Assembly: GCF_000400465.1 (NCBI RefSeq) | Contig: NW_008806277.1 | Coordinates: 450,001-482,000, forward strand | Direction of reading: 5' to 3' | From: Wallemia ichthyophaga EXF-994 | Lineage: Eukaryota > Fungi > Basidiomycota | Length of the DNA stretch: 32,000 bases | The notes under the pieces: generated by a model | The model's database searches: none | Seen by the model: only the letters and a program-made list of their open reading frames with translations | What the model was told of the DNA's origin: nothing | Program-made: the position numbers and the translations under genes | In this document: in pieces, positions 1 to 10,505 of the stretch | Position numbering within the stretch: position 1 is the stretch's first letter | Layout of the letters: every line of letters starts with the position of its first letter

Positions 1-816
1 TTCAAAAAGCTAGATGAAAATATTAAAATTTGTTGAAGTAATGCAGTTTCCAAGACATATCTTAACTTCTACTTCTTAAGTAAGAAATAACCACGTTTAC
101 CGAGACGTAGATAATTTCTTCAATGTGAAAATAGGTGAGAAGATAGCCAAATCAGAGAAGAAAAAAGAAAGTGTGTGTGAACTGTTTTCAGGAGTATCCA
201 GAATAATATAATGCTGCAATACTAAACGGAATACGTTTTAGGACAATCCACCACTGCGCGCTTATTATTTTTATACGGTGTTTCGTAGAAAAGCTGGGCA
301 ACATTAATTAGCAGTGTATGGGTATTTATAGAACGAGAAGTTTCCCATTTTACATACACTTATGGAGCCGAGTCGATGTTACTGAGTTATTTAGAAAAAT
401 CTGTGATTTTTTGCTTTTCCTAGAGCTTGAAAATCCGCAAACCTTCAAGTTAGCATAAGATAATTCTTGAATTCGTACTTTCGTTTAATTTAATCCCTAT
501 TGGTATGATCAGAAATTTGTATGTCTCGCTTAAAATACTACTGAACGATATAATTAGCCTATATAAGCCATGAATCAGTTCACACTATTTCAATCTGAAC
601 TAGTAATTCTTCCTAACTCTGTTTGTGCTCTTGCATACTCCTATGTTCTCTCGCTTTTATCGAATGAGCAATTTGAACTGTAAGTTTGTTGAGTGAAATC
701 AGCATCTACTCATACTCAACTCTTGAAAAACAGCTTAAAACGTGCAGTATAAAACTCCGACTACACGCTAACGCATAACTTGCTGCGCCGTGTCATTGTT
801 TTTTTCATCATAAACC

Positions 817-1620
817 ATGCCCACACTTTCTAGATTGGGAGCTTGCCATATGAAATTGCTCTGAAATAATTGGGTAATTGGAAATCAACGATCTGTGTGA
901 GCTTTGCTTAGCAAAGAAAGTTTTCCAAGACTATCATAAGTTTTGATTATGTGATTCGTATGTTTAGACCCGAAACATTCACCGCAACTTGGATTCACTG
1001 ACCTGATACAATAGAAAGTATATGTCTCAGGAATATGATATTGATAAGTGAATCACATCTGATTACGTGTGTACACTACACATTTTGTTTGTAGCCAACT
1101 CATACAAGTCTGCTTTCGTCAATTTCAGTAGCTTTCTTTTGCGTCAGTGGATATAAGAGGAAATCCTTCACGTCCTCGAACAATTTTCTATACTACCAAA
1201 TTCGAAGATATTATTTCGAACTCTCTTAATAATGTGGGTGGGAAGCTTCTTAAGAATGCTAACTTCACAAGGCTCAAAGTAATAAGGGTCTCTACTGGAG
1301 ATTCAAATATTATGTCAATGATTGACAACATAAATTTCCATGATGGCGAAAAAAAAAGGCCAAGACAAATCTGACATCCACGTCTTCTTTCGAATATCAA
1401 GGTATTGGGAATGACGAAGAGGCAGACTTTTACGATAAGTTTCAAATTGTATCTCAAAGTAACATTCCCGCTGAACTCAATGGAGGATTCGAACGAGACA
1501 TGCTTACAACTGATCATGCCGCTTGCTATACGAGCAAAGTCACTAAACCTATTGCCTTCTGATGACGGACGCACAATTCATGTCATTACGCATAACATGA
1601 ATTTTGAAGTATATCGTTAG
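817..1620 (+). pseudogene. Possible decayed F-box/LRR-type gene
   Basis: ORFs 1147-1374 and 1405-1620 are one reading frame split by a single TGA (1372-1374). Upstream pieces read MFRPETFTATWIH*PDTIESICLRNM (960-) and EIIG*LEINDLCELCLAKKVF (863-), the latter F-box-like. Several stops and a frame change are needed; the family call is weak. Confidence 0.3.
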
Positions 1621-1651
1621 TCATAAATACATGATCTTGAAGCATACAAGA

Positions 1652-2583
1652 TTAGCTAGTAGTGAAACCACCGCCGTTCACGTGAATAGTTTGACCTGAA
1701 GAGGTGAGTTAGTAGAAAAAAGGATTTAGAGTCAACACTCACCAGTGATGAAGCTAGAATCGCTTGAACCGAGGAAGACGGCAGCGCAAGCGATCTCTAC
1801 ACTCTCACCGGGGCGACCGAGAGGAGTAGTGAAGCTTTCCTGGGCAGGTTCGAGCATGGTAGACTCTCTCAACGGAGCCTGTATAGGGCCTGGAGCAATA
1901 GCGTTGACTCTTATGCCCCTGTTGGTGTATTGATTCGCGAGACCTCTAGTGAAACTGACTACAGCCCCTTTAGTGGAGGTGTAATCGAGCAGATCTGGTC
2001 TACCAATGTAGGCATTTACAGAGGCGTTGTTTATGATATTAGCGCCGGAGTGGGGTTTCATGTGTTTCAGTGCAGCTTTGGAGAGGTAGAAGAGGGAGTG
2101 GATGTTAGTTGCGAATGTGTTGTGCCACTGTTCGAGAGAGATATCTTGTATATCGTACACCATAGTCTGAGTGCCATGGTTATTGAACAATATGTCAATT
2201 TTTCCGAAAGTGGACACGGTCTCGTCGACGGATTTCACACAATCCTGCTCTTCTCTGTGATCAGCAGCGAAGCGATGCACTTTAGCATCTGGTTTGCGCT
2301 GTTTGATGAGGTCGATGGTGTCGATTGCGTCCTTTTCTTCCTGGGGAAGGTGCGTAAATACGACAGCAGCGCCTTCGAGAGCGTAGAGTACACAGGTGGA
2401 GCGGCCAATACCGCTGTCACCGCCAGTAACGAGTGCCACACGACCGTCCAACTTGCCAGCTGGTTTGTAGGGGCCGTCTGGAAGTCTGTCGATGACAGGC
2501 TTCGAAGGCATGTCGGCTTCCAAGCCGGGCTTGTTTTGACGGTTAATTTGAGGGATGTAACCTTGTTCGAATGGCTGTGACAT
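1652..2583 (-). CDS. Classical short-chain dehydrogenase/reductase (YhdF/YghA, glucose-1-dehydrogenase-like), 294 aa, 2 exons
   Basis: TGGDSGIG nucleotide-binding motif, NNAS, YTSTK (YxxxK), VNAIAPGP. The 47-nt intron 1696-1742 (GTGAGT..CTAAC..CAG) restores the C-terminus ITGQTIHVNGGGFTTS*. Confidence 0.92.
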
Positions 2584-2833
2584 GGTTGATGGAGTGTTAA
2601 GGTTTGCAGTTGACCTCGAGTCTCCTCGTGGCTATCCATCGTTTAACGTCATAAAGTGTGAGAATGGGTGATGGCATCTATTTATTGCTTGTGATGTACT
2701 TTGTGTGTAAATGTAATGGTAAATTCTCTTTTAACCGCGTTTGACCAAATGCGTGCATCTGCTTGCGGCGTCTCACCGAGCATGCGTCTCAGCGCACCTC
2801 TATCATCACAAAGTTTAAAGTTGAAAGAAAAGA

Positions 2834-4218
2834 ATGACGCTGGCGTCTATTTTAGAGAATGTGAGTGGAGGGTGCGTGGATTGGGAGACGTGCGCTAATC
2901 CACTCAGTCATCACACGTAGCCGTACTCGCATCAGCTGAGGATTTCGACAGCGCTGAGAGCACAAACACAAGCACCCACTCGCTCACGCTCAACGGGAAG
3001 CCCGTAGTCCTCACACGCGCACCTTTCCCGCACGCCGACAGCGTTCTTGAACAGCACTCTACCGCGTCTGACCAAGGCCGCGCGTTGGTAGCCGCAGCAT
3101 TCACAGACGGTGCAGAAGGCGCAGGCGGTGGCGTGGAGTGCAACACCAACAGCGCCAACAGCGCCATAGACGAGCAACTCCACCGTCTCTCTATAAGGGA
3201 TGGCGACCAAGGTGCTTTCTCCGAAACACAGAAACCTCAGACACCACCGGCAAACCCACCGGCACACGCCACAGTGCCCTCCACGCGGCGTCCGAGCATA
3301 CAGCCGCAGCTGAGCAGAGCTGCGATGCTGCGCATGGGCATCACTCCCCCGCCCAAGCGCGAGCAGGGGCGTGCAAACACAAGCGAGAGTGCAAGAGTAG
3401 AGAGCAGAGAAGGCAAGCTTGATCGTGATCGTGCAACTCCCAAGCCAAAATCACTCGGCACACCCAAGATCCAGGTACGCCAGTCGCGCTCTTCTCAGCT
3501 GCGACGTGGGAGTGAGGGGGTTGAGGGGGGTGAGGAGACTCTAACAGCAGCCAGACGACGCACAAGCAGCACACCAGTGGATTACTCGAGCACACCCGGA
3601 CATCGTCGCGCGAGTATGGCAGTGGACGTAGCTAGCACACGCCAGCCAGTCTTCACTCCCCGTCAGACGCGCGCTAGTAGGTTGCGATTGGGGGGTGGCG
3701 AGGTGGACGAAACCAGCCGGTCGCCGTCTGCCCTCTCACAAAGCAATGGCGCAAATGGCGCAAATAGGGACATATTCGCCAATACACCCGGACATCGTCG
3801 CGCGAGTATAATCGTAGACGTAGCTAGTACGCGCCAGCCAGCTTTCACTCCCCGCCAGACGCGCGCTAGCAGATTGAGGATGGGCAGTGAGGCGGATGAG
3901 GCGGGTGAGGCTTCTGTGAATGGAGGCAGACCGTCTTCGACCCTTTCGAGACGCTCTTCCACCGACACCTTCACATTTGCTAGCACCCCTGGACATAAAC
4001 GTGCCCTAAGCATCCCCGTCAAATCCACCAACACCCCTTCCATTGCCGCTCGTGAAAATAAAAGCTCTGCACTCAGAGCTAATCGTATGTCAACAGATGT
4101 GCACGACTCAACCAAAAAACCATTCAATCTGTCCACATCAATCGCGAAGGACAAGTTTGTCGAGTTTGACAAGAAGAAGGTGAAGCCGGTTAAGAGAGAC
4201 AGTGGTGGAGTGTTCTAG
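2834..4218 (+). CDS. Ser/Thr/Arg-rich disordered protein with four internal basic repeats, function unknown
   Basis: ATG at 2834, a 9-codon exon, then intron 2861-2907 (GTGAGT..CTAAT..CAG) joining in frame to the long ORF ending at 4218 (about 445 aa). Confidence 0.75.
3592..3885 (+). repeat. Intragenic direct repeat, two ~100-bp copies offset by 192 bp
   Basis: acacccggacatcgtcgcgcgagtat... at 3592 and 3784; the copies encode TPGHRRASMAVDVASTRQPVFTPRQTRASRLRLG and TPGHRRASIIVDVASTRQPAFTPRQTRASRLRMG. Confidence 0.9.
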
Positions 4219-4407
4219 GATTTGTTCACTGCTGCTTCTGCTATCTCTCCTTGTAGTTCACTTCTTGCTCAAATTTCCGTTTTTCTTAATTGGAGTCAGG
4301 CTATTCCAGATTTGTTATGTAATATTCATGAATCGTAGTATTGTCAAGATCGTTAGCGTTAGTTGATGATATAGTGATACAAATGCCAATCTCGCAACCA
4401 AACTAAA

Positions 4408-6104
4408 TCACATATCGCTATACTCCCTCTGGATGAATTTTGCGATAGTAGCGAGCTGGATGTTGGTAGTACCTTCGTAAATAGCGCCGATCTTACTATC
4501 GCGCCAGAACTTTTCAATGCCCGTCTCCCTCGTAAACCCAACTCCGCCAGCCCATTCGATTGCGTCACCCGAGACAGCTTGTGCGATGCGCGAAGCGTAG
4601 TATTTGGCCATCGCCGCCTCTTTGGTAAATGGTTTACCTTCTTCTTTGAGTCTCGCAGCGTTGTATGTGAGAAGCTTAGCGGCTTCTATTTGGGTGTGGG
4701 CGTCTGCGAATGCGAATTGCATGCCCTGTGTGTGGTTGGAGTGTAGTGTAATTATTTCATACCCCTACTCACTTGGAATTCCCCTACAGCCTTGCCGAAT
4801 TGCTTGCGTTGGTATGTGTACGGTACTGCTTTGGCGAATGCGCCTTGAGCGAGACCAATCATTTGAGCAGCGCTGAGTGGTGAGTGTTGAGTGCGGAGTT
4901 GCACAACTAAAAAAAATACAACTCACATTCCAATTCTACCTGTGAATTTTGATGAGTTGTACAGTAAATACTAAACAAAACACCGCCACACACCTTCGTT
5001 GAGTATGTCGATGGCTATCTTGCTGTTAATTGATTAGATTCTGCGTAGTAGGCAAATCGAGAACACACTATCCTTTGCCGACTTGGCCCATGACTTGGTC
5101 ATCGCGGACAAATACATCGTCGAAATTGAGGACACAGGTTGAAGAGGCTCTGATGCCGAGCTGGAAGGAGGTTAAAGGAAGTGAATGAGCGTGAAAGACA
5201 CCACCTTCTGCTCCTTCTTGGCAATTTGGACACCTTGGTCTTTATCGACGATGAAACACGTGATGCCTTTGTAGCCAAGGGAAGGATCTACATTGGCGAA
5301 GACGAGGAATACTTGAGCTTCTGCGGCGTTGGTGATCCACCTAAGAATATGTGTTAGAGTGGGTAGTATTCAACAATTCTCTGACATTTTTGTACCATTG
5401 AGGATATAGCCATTGTCAGTCTTTGTGGCTTTGGTTTGGAGAGCGAAAGCGTCAGAGCCGGATGCCGGTTCGGAGAGACAGAAAGAGCCGATCTGAGGGG
5501 GTTTAAAGGGGAATACACGACTAATACACGTAGCTGACCTTATCGGTAGTCAACTGGGGCAGATAAAGCTCCTTTTGAGGATCTGTAGCGTATTTGTTGA
5601 AAACTGTACAAACAAGGGTGTTGTGTACATCGCATAAGACACTGACAGATGGATCGACCTTTGCAAGTTCTGTGGGATGCTCTAGTGTGATGACGTATTC
5701 GATAACATCAAGACAAGTAACGCACCCTCGATGGCCAAAATAACACTCATGAAAGAGGATTCAGAGCCATTGAACTGAGAGTCAACCTCGATACCCATTA
5801 GCTGTGATTTGTTGGTAAGACATACGATATAAACACGCCTCTCACGCCTTGATTGAATAGATGAGAGATTACGTCATTGCTCATATGCTCAGATTCATCC
5901 ATTTCTCTAACTTTGGGGGAGATAGCTGATTGAGCCAGTTTGCGTACTGTGGAGGGTGTTACATGGTGTCATAACCGGCGAGTAGATCTAACCGGAGTCT
6001 TGGAGCATTATCTCATCGGCGGAGAGAGATGAGAGAGATGAGAATGGCCTAAATTTATTAGATCTAATAAAGTAACTGCCACGCCTAATAATGTTATTTA
6101 ACAT
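4408..6104 (-). CDS. Mitochondrial acyl-CoA dehydrogenase (short/branched-chain, ACADSB-like), 11 exons
   Basis: The spliced product contains [49 protein letters not shown] and [13 protein letters not shown]. The N-terminus [23 protein letters not shown] looks like a presequence. Ten GT-AG introns of 44-56 nt. Confidence 0.92.
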
Positions 6105-6150
6105 GATGGTTAGGGATAGAGATGAGTATTTATCTGTTTTATATTTTAAA

Positions 6151-6630
6151 TTAAAAACCAGGTGTAACGACCTAGAGTGGATGTTAGTTGTGGCTCTTGG
6201 CTCTAGTATACGCAGCCAGACTCACGCCTTGCTGTTGCTTGTTATCACCCTCAGGAGAGAGCATTTGCTGTGCGCCTGATTGCTGGGCCATCAACGACTT
6301 CTCCTCCATTGAGATTCTACTCTCATCTTCAATAGCCAGTGCGAGTGGTAAACCAACTAGTAGTGAAGAAGTTGTAACAACCCAAACGAGGTTTCCAAGT
6401 ACTTTACTTGAACTTCTTGTAAAATTGAAGGTGGTTGTTACTTTACTTAAAATTGAGTTTCTTGTCTCTAATGGAATTATATCCTTCAATGCTGAAAATC
6501 TTTCAAAGTATGTCTCTTGTGATGGATCAAATTCTTCCTCAGCGTCAACTTCCTGCTCAACGTCGCTGTCCTCACTAATCTCCTCATCTGTGTATTCATC
6601 CTCGCTTTTTAATTCGTGAATTTGTACCAT
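6151..6630 (-). CDS. TOM22: Mitochondrial import receptor Tom22
   Basis: Acidic N-terminus, ETYFERFSALKDIIP, TM segment LGNLVWVVTTSSLLVGLPLALAIEDE. Intron 6172-6225 gives the C-terminus KQQQGVVTPGF*. Confidence 0.92.
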
Positions 6631-6682
6631 TTTGGTGGTTGTAGTGGATGTAGTGGTTCTAGCAGTGTACCAAGCAACTTCC

Positions 6683-7744
6683 ATGAAACCCTTCTTCAAG
6701 CACACGGACTACAAATTCAGAATCAAGTTTGAATATTACAAGCCTCTTTTACTTGGATCGCCTTCCCACTCGTACACCGCTTACATACGCTCTCAATTCC
6801 GTACCTATAAACACACCAAGAAGGCTAACAGGGTGAGGCAGTTGATTGCTAAATTCGACAAGCAACTACAACAGCCACCTGCGATACTAGCCATAATTGG
6901 TGATAGATGGTTACGCGTATCTCAATCTCGTCAACAAGAACATGAAAAACGATACACACGGCACCTCTACAACATTCAAGCACACGTAAAGACACGCCTC
7001 ACTGGCTCTCTTATCTACCCAACCTACCATAATCCACCTCTCCCCCGTCTCAAACCACAGCCACTCGAGATACACTCTATGATTCGTCGAAGAGTGCTCA
7101 AACGTTTTAATATTCTCAACCAACTCAAAATCGTTAGTGGTCATATACACGACTACACTATGGAAAAGCACTTTTTTAACTTTCTCGGTTTGTCCTTGGA
7201 TAGCTCCTACATTGTCAATCTCTTCGCTGCGAAAGATTACCTCACGCGTAAACTCGACGATGATTATCGTAGATCTCAGATGAAATTTGCTAGTAATCAT
7301 CTCATTCGTTTTAGACGCTTACATGATAAGAGAGTGATGATGCGCAGAAGGAGTATCGAGTGGAGAAAAACTAATCACCCGCGTTTAATTAATCACTGGA
7401 GATGCTATCTTGGTGATAGGAGGAGAGCGCGACAGAGAGATGCTGCTCGATTGCGATTGAGTGCGTTGGCAAATGAATCAAATCAATCAAATCAATCATT
7501 AAAATCACCAACGTTACCCCCACCAAGTCGCACTAAACATCGCATTAGAAAACACACACAAAACACCCACTCTAAGGCACCCTATCGCGATATATTCCTC
7601 AAGCCATTGTCAAAGGTTTATGATCAACTTGACTACAATGATGAACCTGCTCTTAAAGTGGCATACGACTATTCTAAACCCCCTCAGTCTCTTCTTAATT
7701 CGTCTTCCTCACCTCAAAATATCAACAAGTGGAGTAAAAAGTAG
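6683..7744 (+). CDS. Basic intronless protein, probably a degenerate LYR-motif mitochondrial protein
   Basis: 353-codon ORF from ATG 6683. The N-terminal YYKPLL..YIRSQFRTYKH resembles the LYR pattern (LYRxLL..IRxxF). The central YHNPPLPRLKPQPLEIHSMIRRR matches, from memory, a block in basidiomycete LYR-domain hypotheticals. Confidence 0.65.
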   Translation: MKPFFKHTDYKFRIKFEYYKPLLLGSPSHSYTAYIRSQFRTYKHTKKANRVRQLIAKFDKQLQQPPAILAIIGDRWLRVSQSRQQEHEKRYTRHLYNIQAHVKTRLTGSLIYPTYHNPPLPRLKPQPLEIHSMIRRRVLKRFNILNQLKIVSGHIHDYTMEKHFFNFLGLSLDSSYIVNLFAAKDYLTRKLDDDYRRSQMKFASNHLIRFRRLHDKRVMMRRRSIEWRKTNHPRLINHWRCYLGDRRRARQRDAARLRLSALANESNQSNQSLKSPTLPPPSRTKHRIRKHTQNTHSKAPYRDIFLKPLSKVYDQLDYNDEPALKVAYDYSKPPQSLLNSSSSPQNINKWSKK

Positions 7745-7837
7745 ACTCACAATAGACACTCAAAGACACACTAATAAAAATGCTCATAGAAATACCCTAA
7801 ACACCCCATCATACCAATATAAACCATGCATAAACTA

Positions 7838-8827
7838 TTACTTGTTTTCCTCTTTGTTATTCTGCATCGACATGGCAATTGCCTTTTGAATCTCATCTTC
7901 TTCGTCAGCGTCAGCATCTGCCTCAGCGATAGCACTGTCCTCTTGGTTAGATGGCTTACTCTCCACAGCCATCTCTACATCATCCTCCTTCTTTGCCTCC
8001 TTAATCTCGCCCTGCTGGCCTCTATGAGGTGTTTCTGTGTCCTCGTCTATCTGCTCCATATGTTCCACGTTCTCAGGCTGACTAGATGTGGTAGTCTGTC
8101 TCGCCTGCTCCTCTTCCATCGACATGCGCAAAGCCATAGCGAGTTCAGGATCGAGGGAGGGGTCAACGCCAAATTCGAATGTGGAGGAGGAGGAAGCCGG
8201 AGCGCCAGCGCCAGCACCAGAACCAGAACCGCCTTCATCTGGATCTACGCTACCTCTAATAACCGGGGAGTTGATGAGATAATCGCTCAACACCGTCTGA
8301 TTGCCGGGAGGAACGCAAAGGAGTCTGTTATTCTCAGCTCCACCTACAGCCTCAATGAAATGGTGCAACTTGTTTGCATTCTCATCCACTTCCCCAAACA
8401 CAACCAAATCGACAGCGACATTGTTCTTCTTGAGTTTCTTCCCCAGCTTCTCCAACTCGCTCACCTCCTCGCTCACGGGACTGCCAATGAAAGCGACGAT
8501 GCGCTGTCTCTGCACTTTGTTCTGACGATGTTTGAGGGCTAGCTGAGCGACTTGGACGCCATGGAGGAAATCGAGCTCGCCGGATATCTTAACATCGTGC
8601 ATCGACGCTATTATCTTGGCATCATCAGCCGTACTAGTTACGAGAACTTCGGGGGAAGGACCAGCGAATGTCATTAAACCAACTGTGTTCTCGGGATTCA
8701 TGTTCATTTTCGCTTGCGCAAGCAACCCAACGCCGTCAACTTGCGCTTGGAATCTGTTCGGCAGTATATCGCCATTCCTCATGTACTCAGAGTTATCAAT
8801 CAACACAAATGATGCTTCTAGTACCAT
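7838..8827 (-). CDS. RPN10: 26S proteasome regulatory subunit Rpn10 (vWA domain + UIMs), intronless
   Basis: MVLEASFVLIDNSEYMRNGD, NPENTVGLMT, LALKHRQNKVQRQRIVAFIGSP, FEFGVDPSLDPELAMALRMSMEEE, second UIM EIQKAIAMSMQ. Confidence 0.97.
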   Translation of the reverse strand: MVLEASFVLIDNSEYMRNGDILPNRFQAQVDGVGLLAQAKMNMNPENTVGLMTFAGPSPEVLVTSTADDAKIIASMHDVKISGELDFLHGVQVAQLALKHRQNKVQRQRIVAFIGSPVSEEVSELEKLGKKLKKNNVAVDLVVFGEVDENANKLHHFIEAVGGAENNRLLCVPPGNQTVLSDYLINSPVIRGSVDPDEGGSGSGAGAGAPASSSSTFEFGVDPSLDPELAMALRMSMEEEQARQTTTSSQPENVEHMEQIDEDTETPHRGQQGEIKEAKKEDDVEMAVESKPSNQEDSAIAEADADADEEDEIQKAIAMSMQNNKEENK

Positions 8828-8935
8828 ATTTTGGTTGCGTTGAGGTGATGAGCGTGGTGGTGAAGTGTGCGCATGCGATGACGCGTTTAGAAAAAAAAAG
8901 ATAAATGATGTATTGTATATTGTATATTTGTAGAG

Positions 8936-9822
8936 CTACAACCTCAATTCAAAGGCTTTGCCTTGTGTACTGCTGAGATAGATCTTCTCGACCACCGTCA
9001 CTGCGAGTTGGAAAGGCAAAAGGTTAGCAAGGATATCTTCAAACACCTTCCACTCACGTCGTCTAGGCTGACCTGGAGCAGCGTCTACAATAGCACCACT
9101 CCTCAATCCATCGACAAACTGTCTGATATTCTCCTCCAATTGGCCACCTTGGAATTGTATTCTGCCAACGCCTAGTCTCACCACGCCAACGCGATCACCC
9201 CTCCAGCCCACCTTACCTCTGGCCTCGTTGATAGCGGATGGGATATCGGTAGTAACGGTGCCGCGCTTCTCGGCTGGCATCAGTCCCTTTGGACCGAGCA
9301 TCCTGGCGAGATTCTTTTGTACGTGCGGGAGAATCGATGGGTGAGCTATGGCTTTTGTGGGGAGGGCTTGAGAGCCAGATAGGAGCTGTCGGAGGAAGTG
9401 TGTGAGACTGATTGTGCTAATGATACAACCCACTCACATCCTGAACCAATTCCTCACCGCCTACTATATCAGCCCCGGCAGCTCTGGCGTCTTTAGCATC
9501 CTGGCCTGTATAACGGGGATATTCAGGTGAGATTGCCGCTGTATCACCTCAGACACCACCCACCCTCTGCGAAAACAAGGACAACCTCTTTGTGTTTACG
9601 TGGATCATGGGGCAATTCAACCATCCCCCTTAGTGGAATATGTCCTTTCTCCTTCTTGGTGACGACTGTAAGCTCGAATGCAGACCACGGGCGATTGGCG
9701 TCGATGGATTTGAGGTTGGCGGATGCATCGCCCACGCTCACCCTATTAGCAGAAAGCTTGGCCTTTGATTTGGCCTGGAGGGAGAGAGAGCTGCTGATTA
9801 ATTTTACAAACGTATTGCGCAT
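8936..9822 (-). CDS. MRPL1: Mitochondrial ribosomal protein uL1m, 4 exons
   Basis: LRGMVELPHDP, AGADIVGGEELV, LARMLGPKGLMPAEKRGTV, IYLSSTQG. Introns 9506-9563, 9386-9437 and 9001-9057. Confidence 0.88.
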
Positions 9823-9883
9823 CGTTGGGTTGGTGTGTTGAAGAGCGGTCTTCTCTCTTCGCCTCGATTCAAGTGACTGAAGG

Positions 9884-10194
9884 ATGAAAATCACCAGCAA
9901 AGCACTGCAGCTTTACTCCATCGCCAGGTCTCGCACGAACAACCTGCCCGTCTACACCGAGTACAAACGCGGCAATCAAATTTCAACCATTATCAGAAAA
10001 GTAGAGGGTGATGGCAAGGTGGGTTGAGGGAGTTGTTGTATAGCCACTCACACTCCCCCAAGTCCCTCAAGCAGGACATACTCACAGATATCCCGTATCT
10101 GGACATCAAGCTCAAGCTCCCAAAGAACCAGCTGTACATAAACGGCGACCACTCACGGCAACTCAGACAGTGGCTTGAGAGCAGGCACTTTTAA
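9884..10194 (+). CDS. IMG2: Mitochondrial ribosomal protein mL49/Img2, 88 aa, 2 exons (not in the ORF track)
   Basis: [45 protein letters not shown], intron 10019-10062, then [42 protein letters not shown] and the terminal WL..xF pattern are Img2-family hallmarks. Confidence 0.87.
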
Positions 10195-10505
10195 AATCCC
10201 TTTCAAATGTACTTTTATTCATTTGTGTATCAGATCCGGCAGAATGTTTGTGTTTTGCGATTTAGTACATTGTTAATATAGATTTGATTGCTTAATCCCT
10301 TGAGACTCGTTGTCGAGCTTGTTGGACTGCCGGTCGCCACAAGCAAATCTTCTGCGAACAGCTAATACTTGAATAACAGCCAACGTTACACTATTAATTT
10401 ACGCAGGCCATCTAAACAAACCAACTAAGCTGTGTTTTCCCGCAAAAACATTTCTTAATTGAGCCACTCTACGCTTCCCACTACTTCCTTACATCGGACC
10501 ACCAA

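Noticed and set aside
1188-1574. 128-aa minus-strand ORF
   Set aside because: It lies opposite a longer interrupted plus-strand frame and has no recognisable motif.
1930-2580. 216-aa plus-strand ORF
   Set aside because: It is antisense and in register with the SDR gene; long antisense ORFs are a known by-product of SDR codon usage. No motifs.
7826-8542. 238-aa plus-strand ORF
   Set aside because: Antisense shadow of RPN10; the hydrophobic look comes from reverse-complemented Glu/Lys codons.
8867-8888. TGCGCATGCG and ACGCGT motifs upstream of RPN10
   Set aside because: Short single occurrences; no PACE-like site, and nothing to tie them to a known regulator in this lineage.
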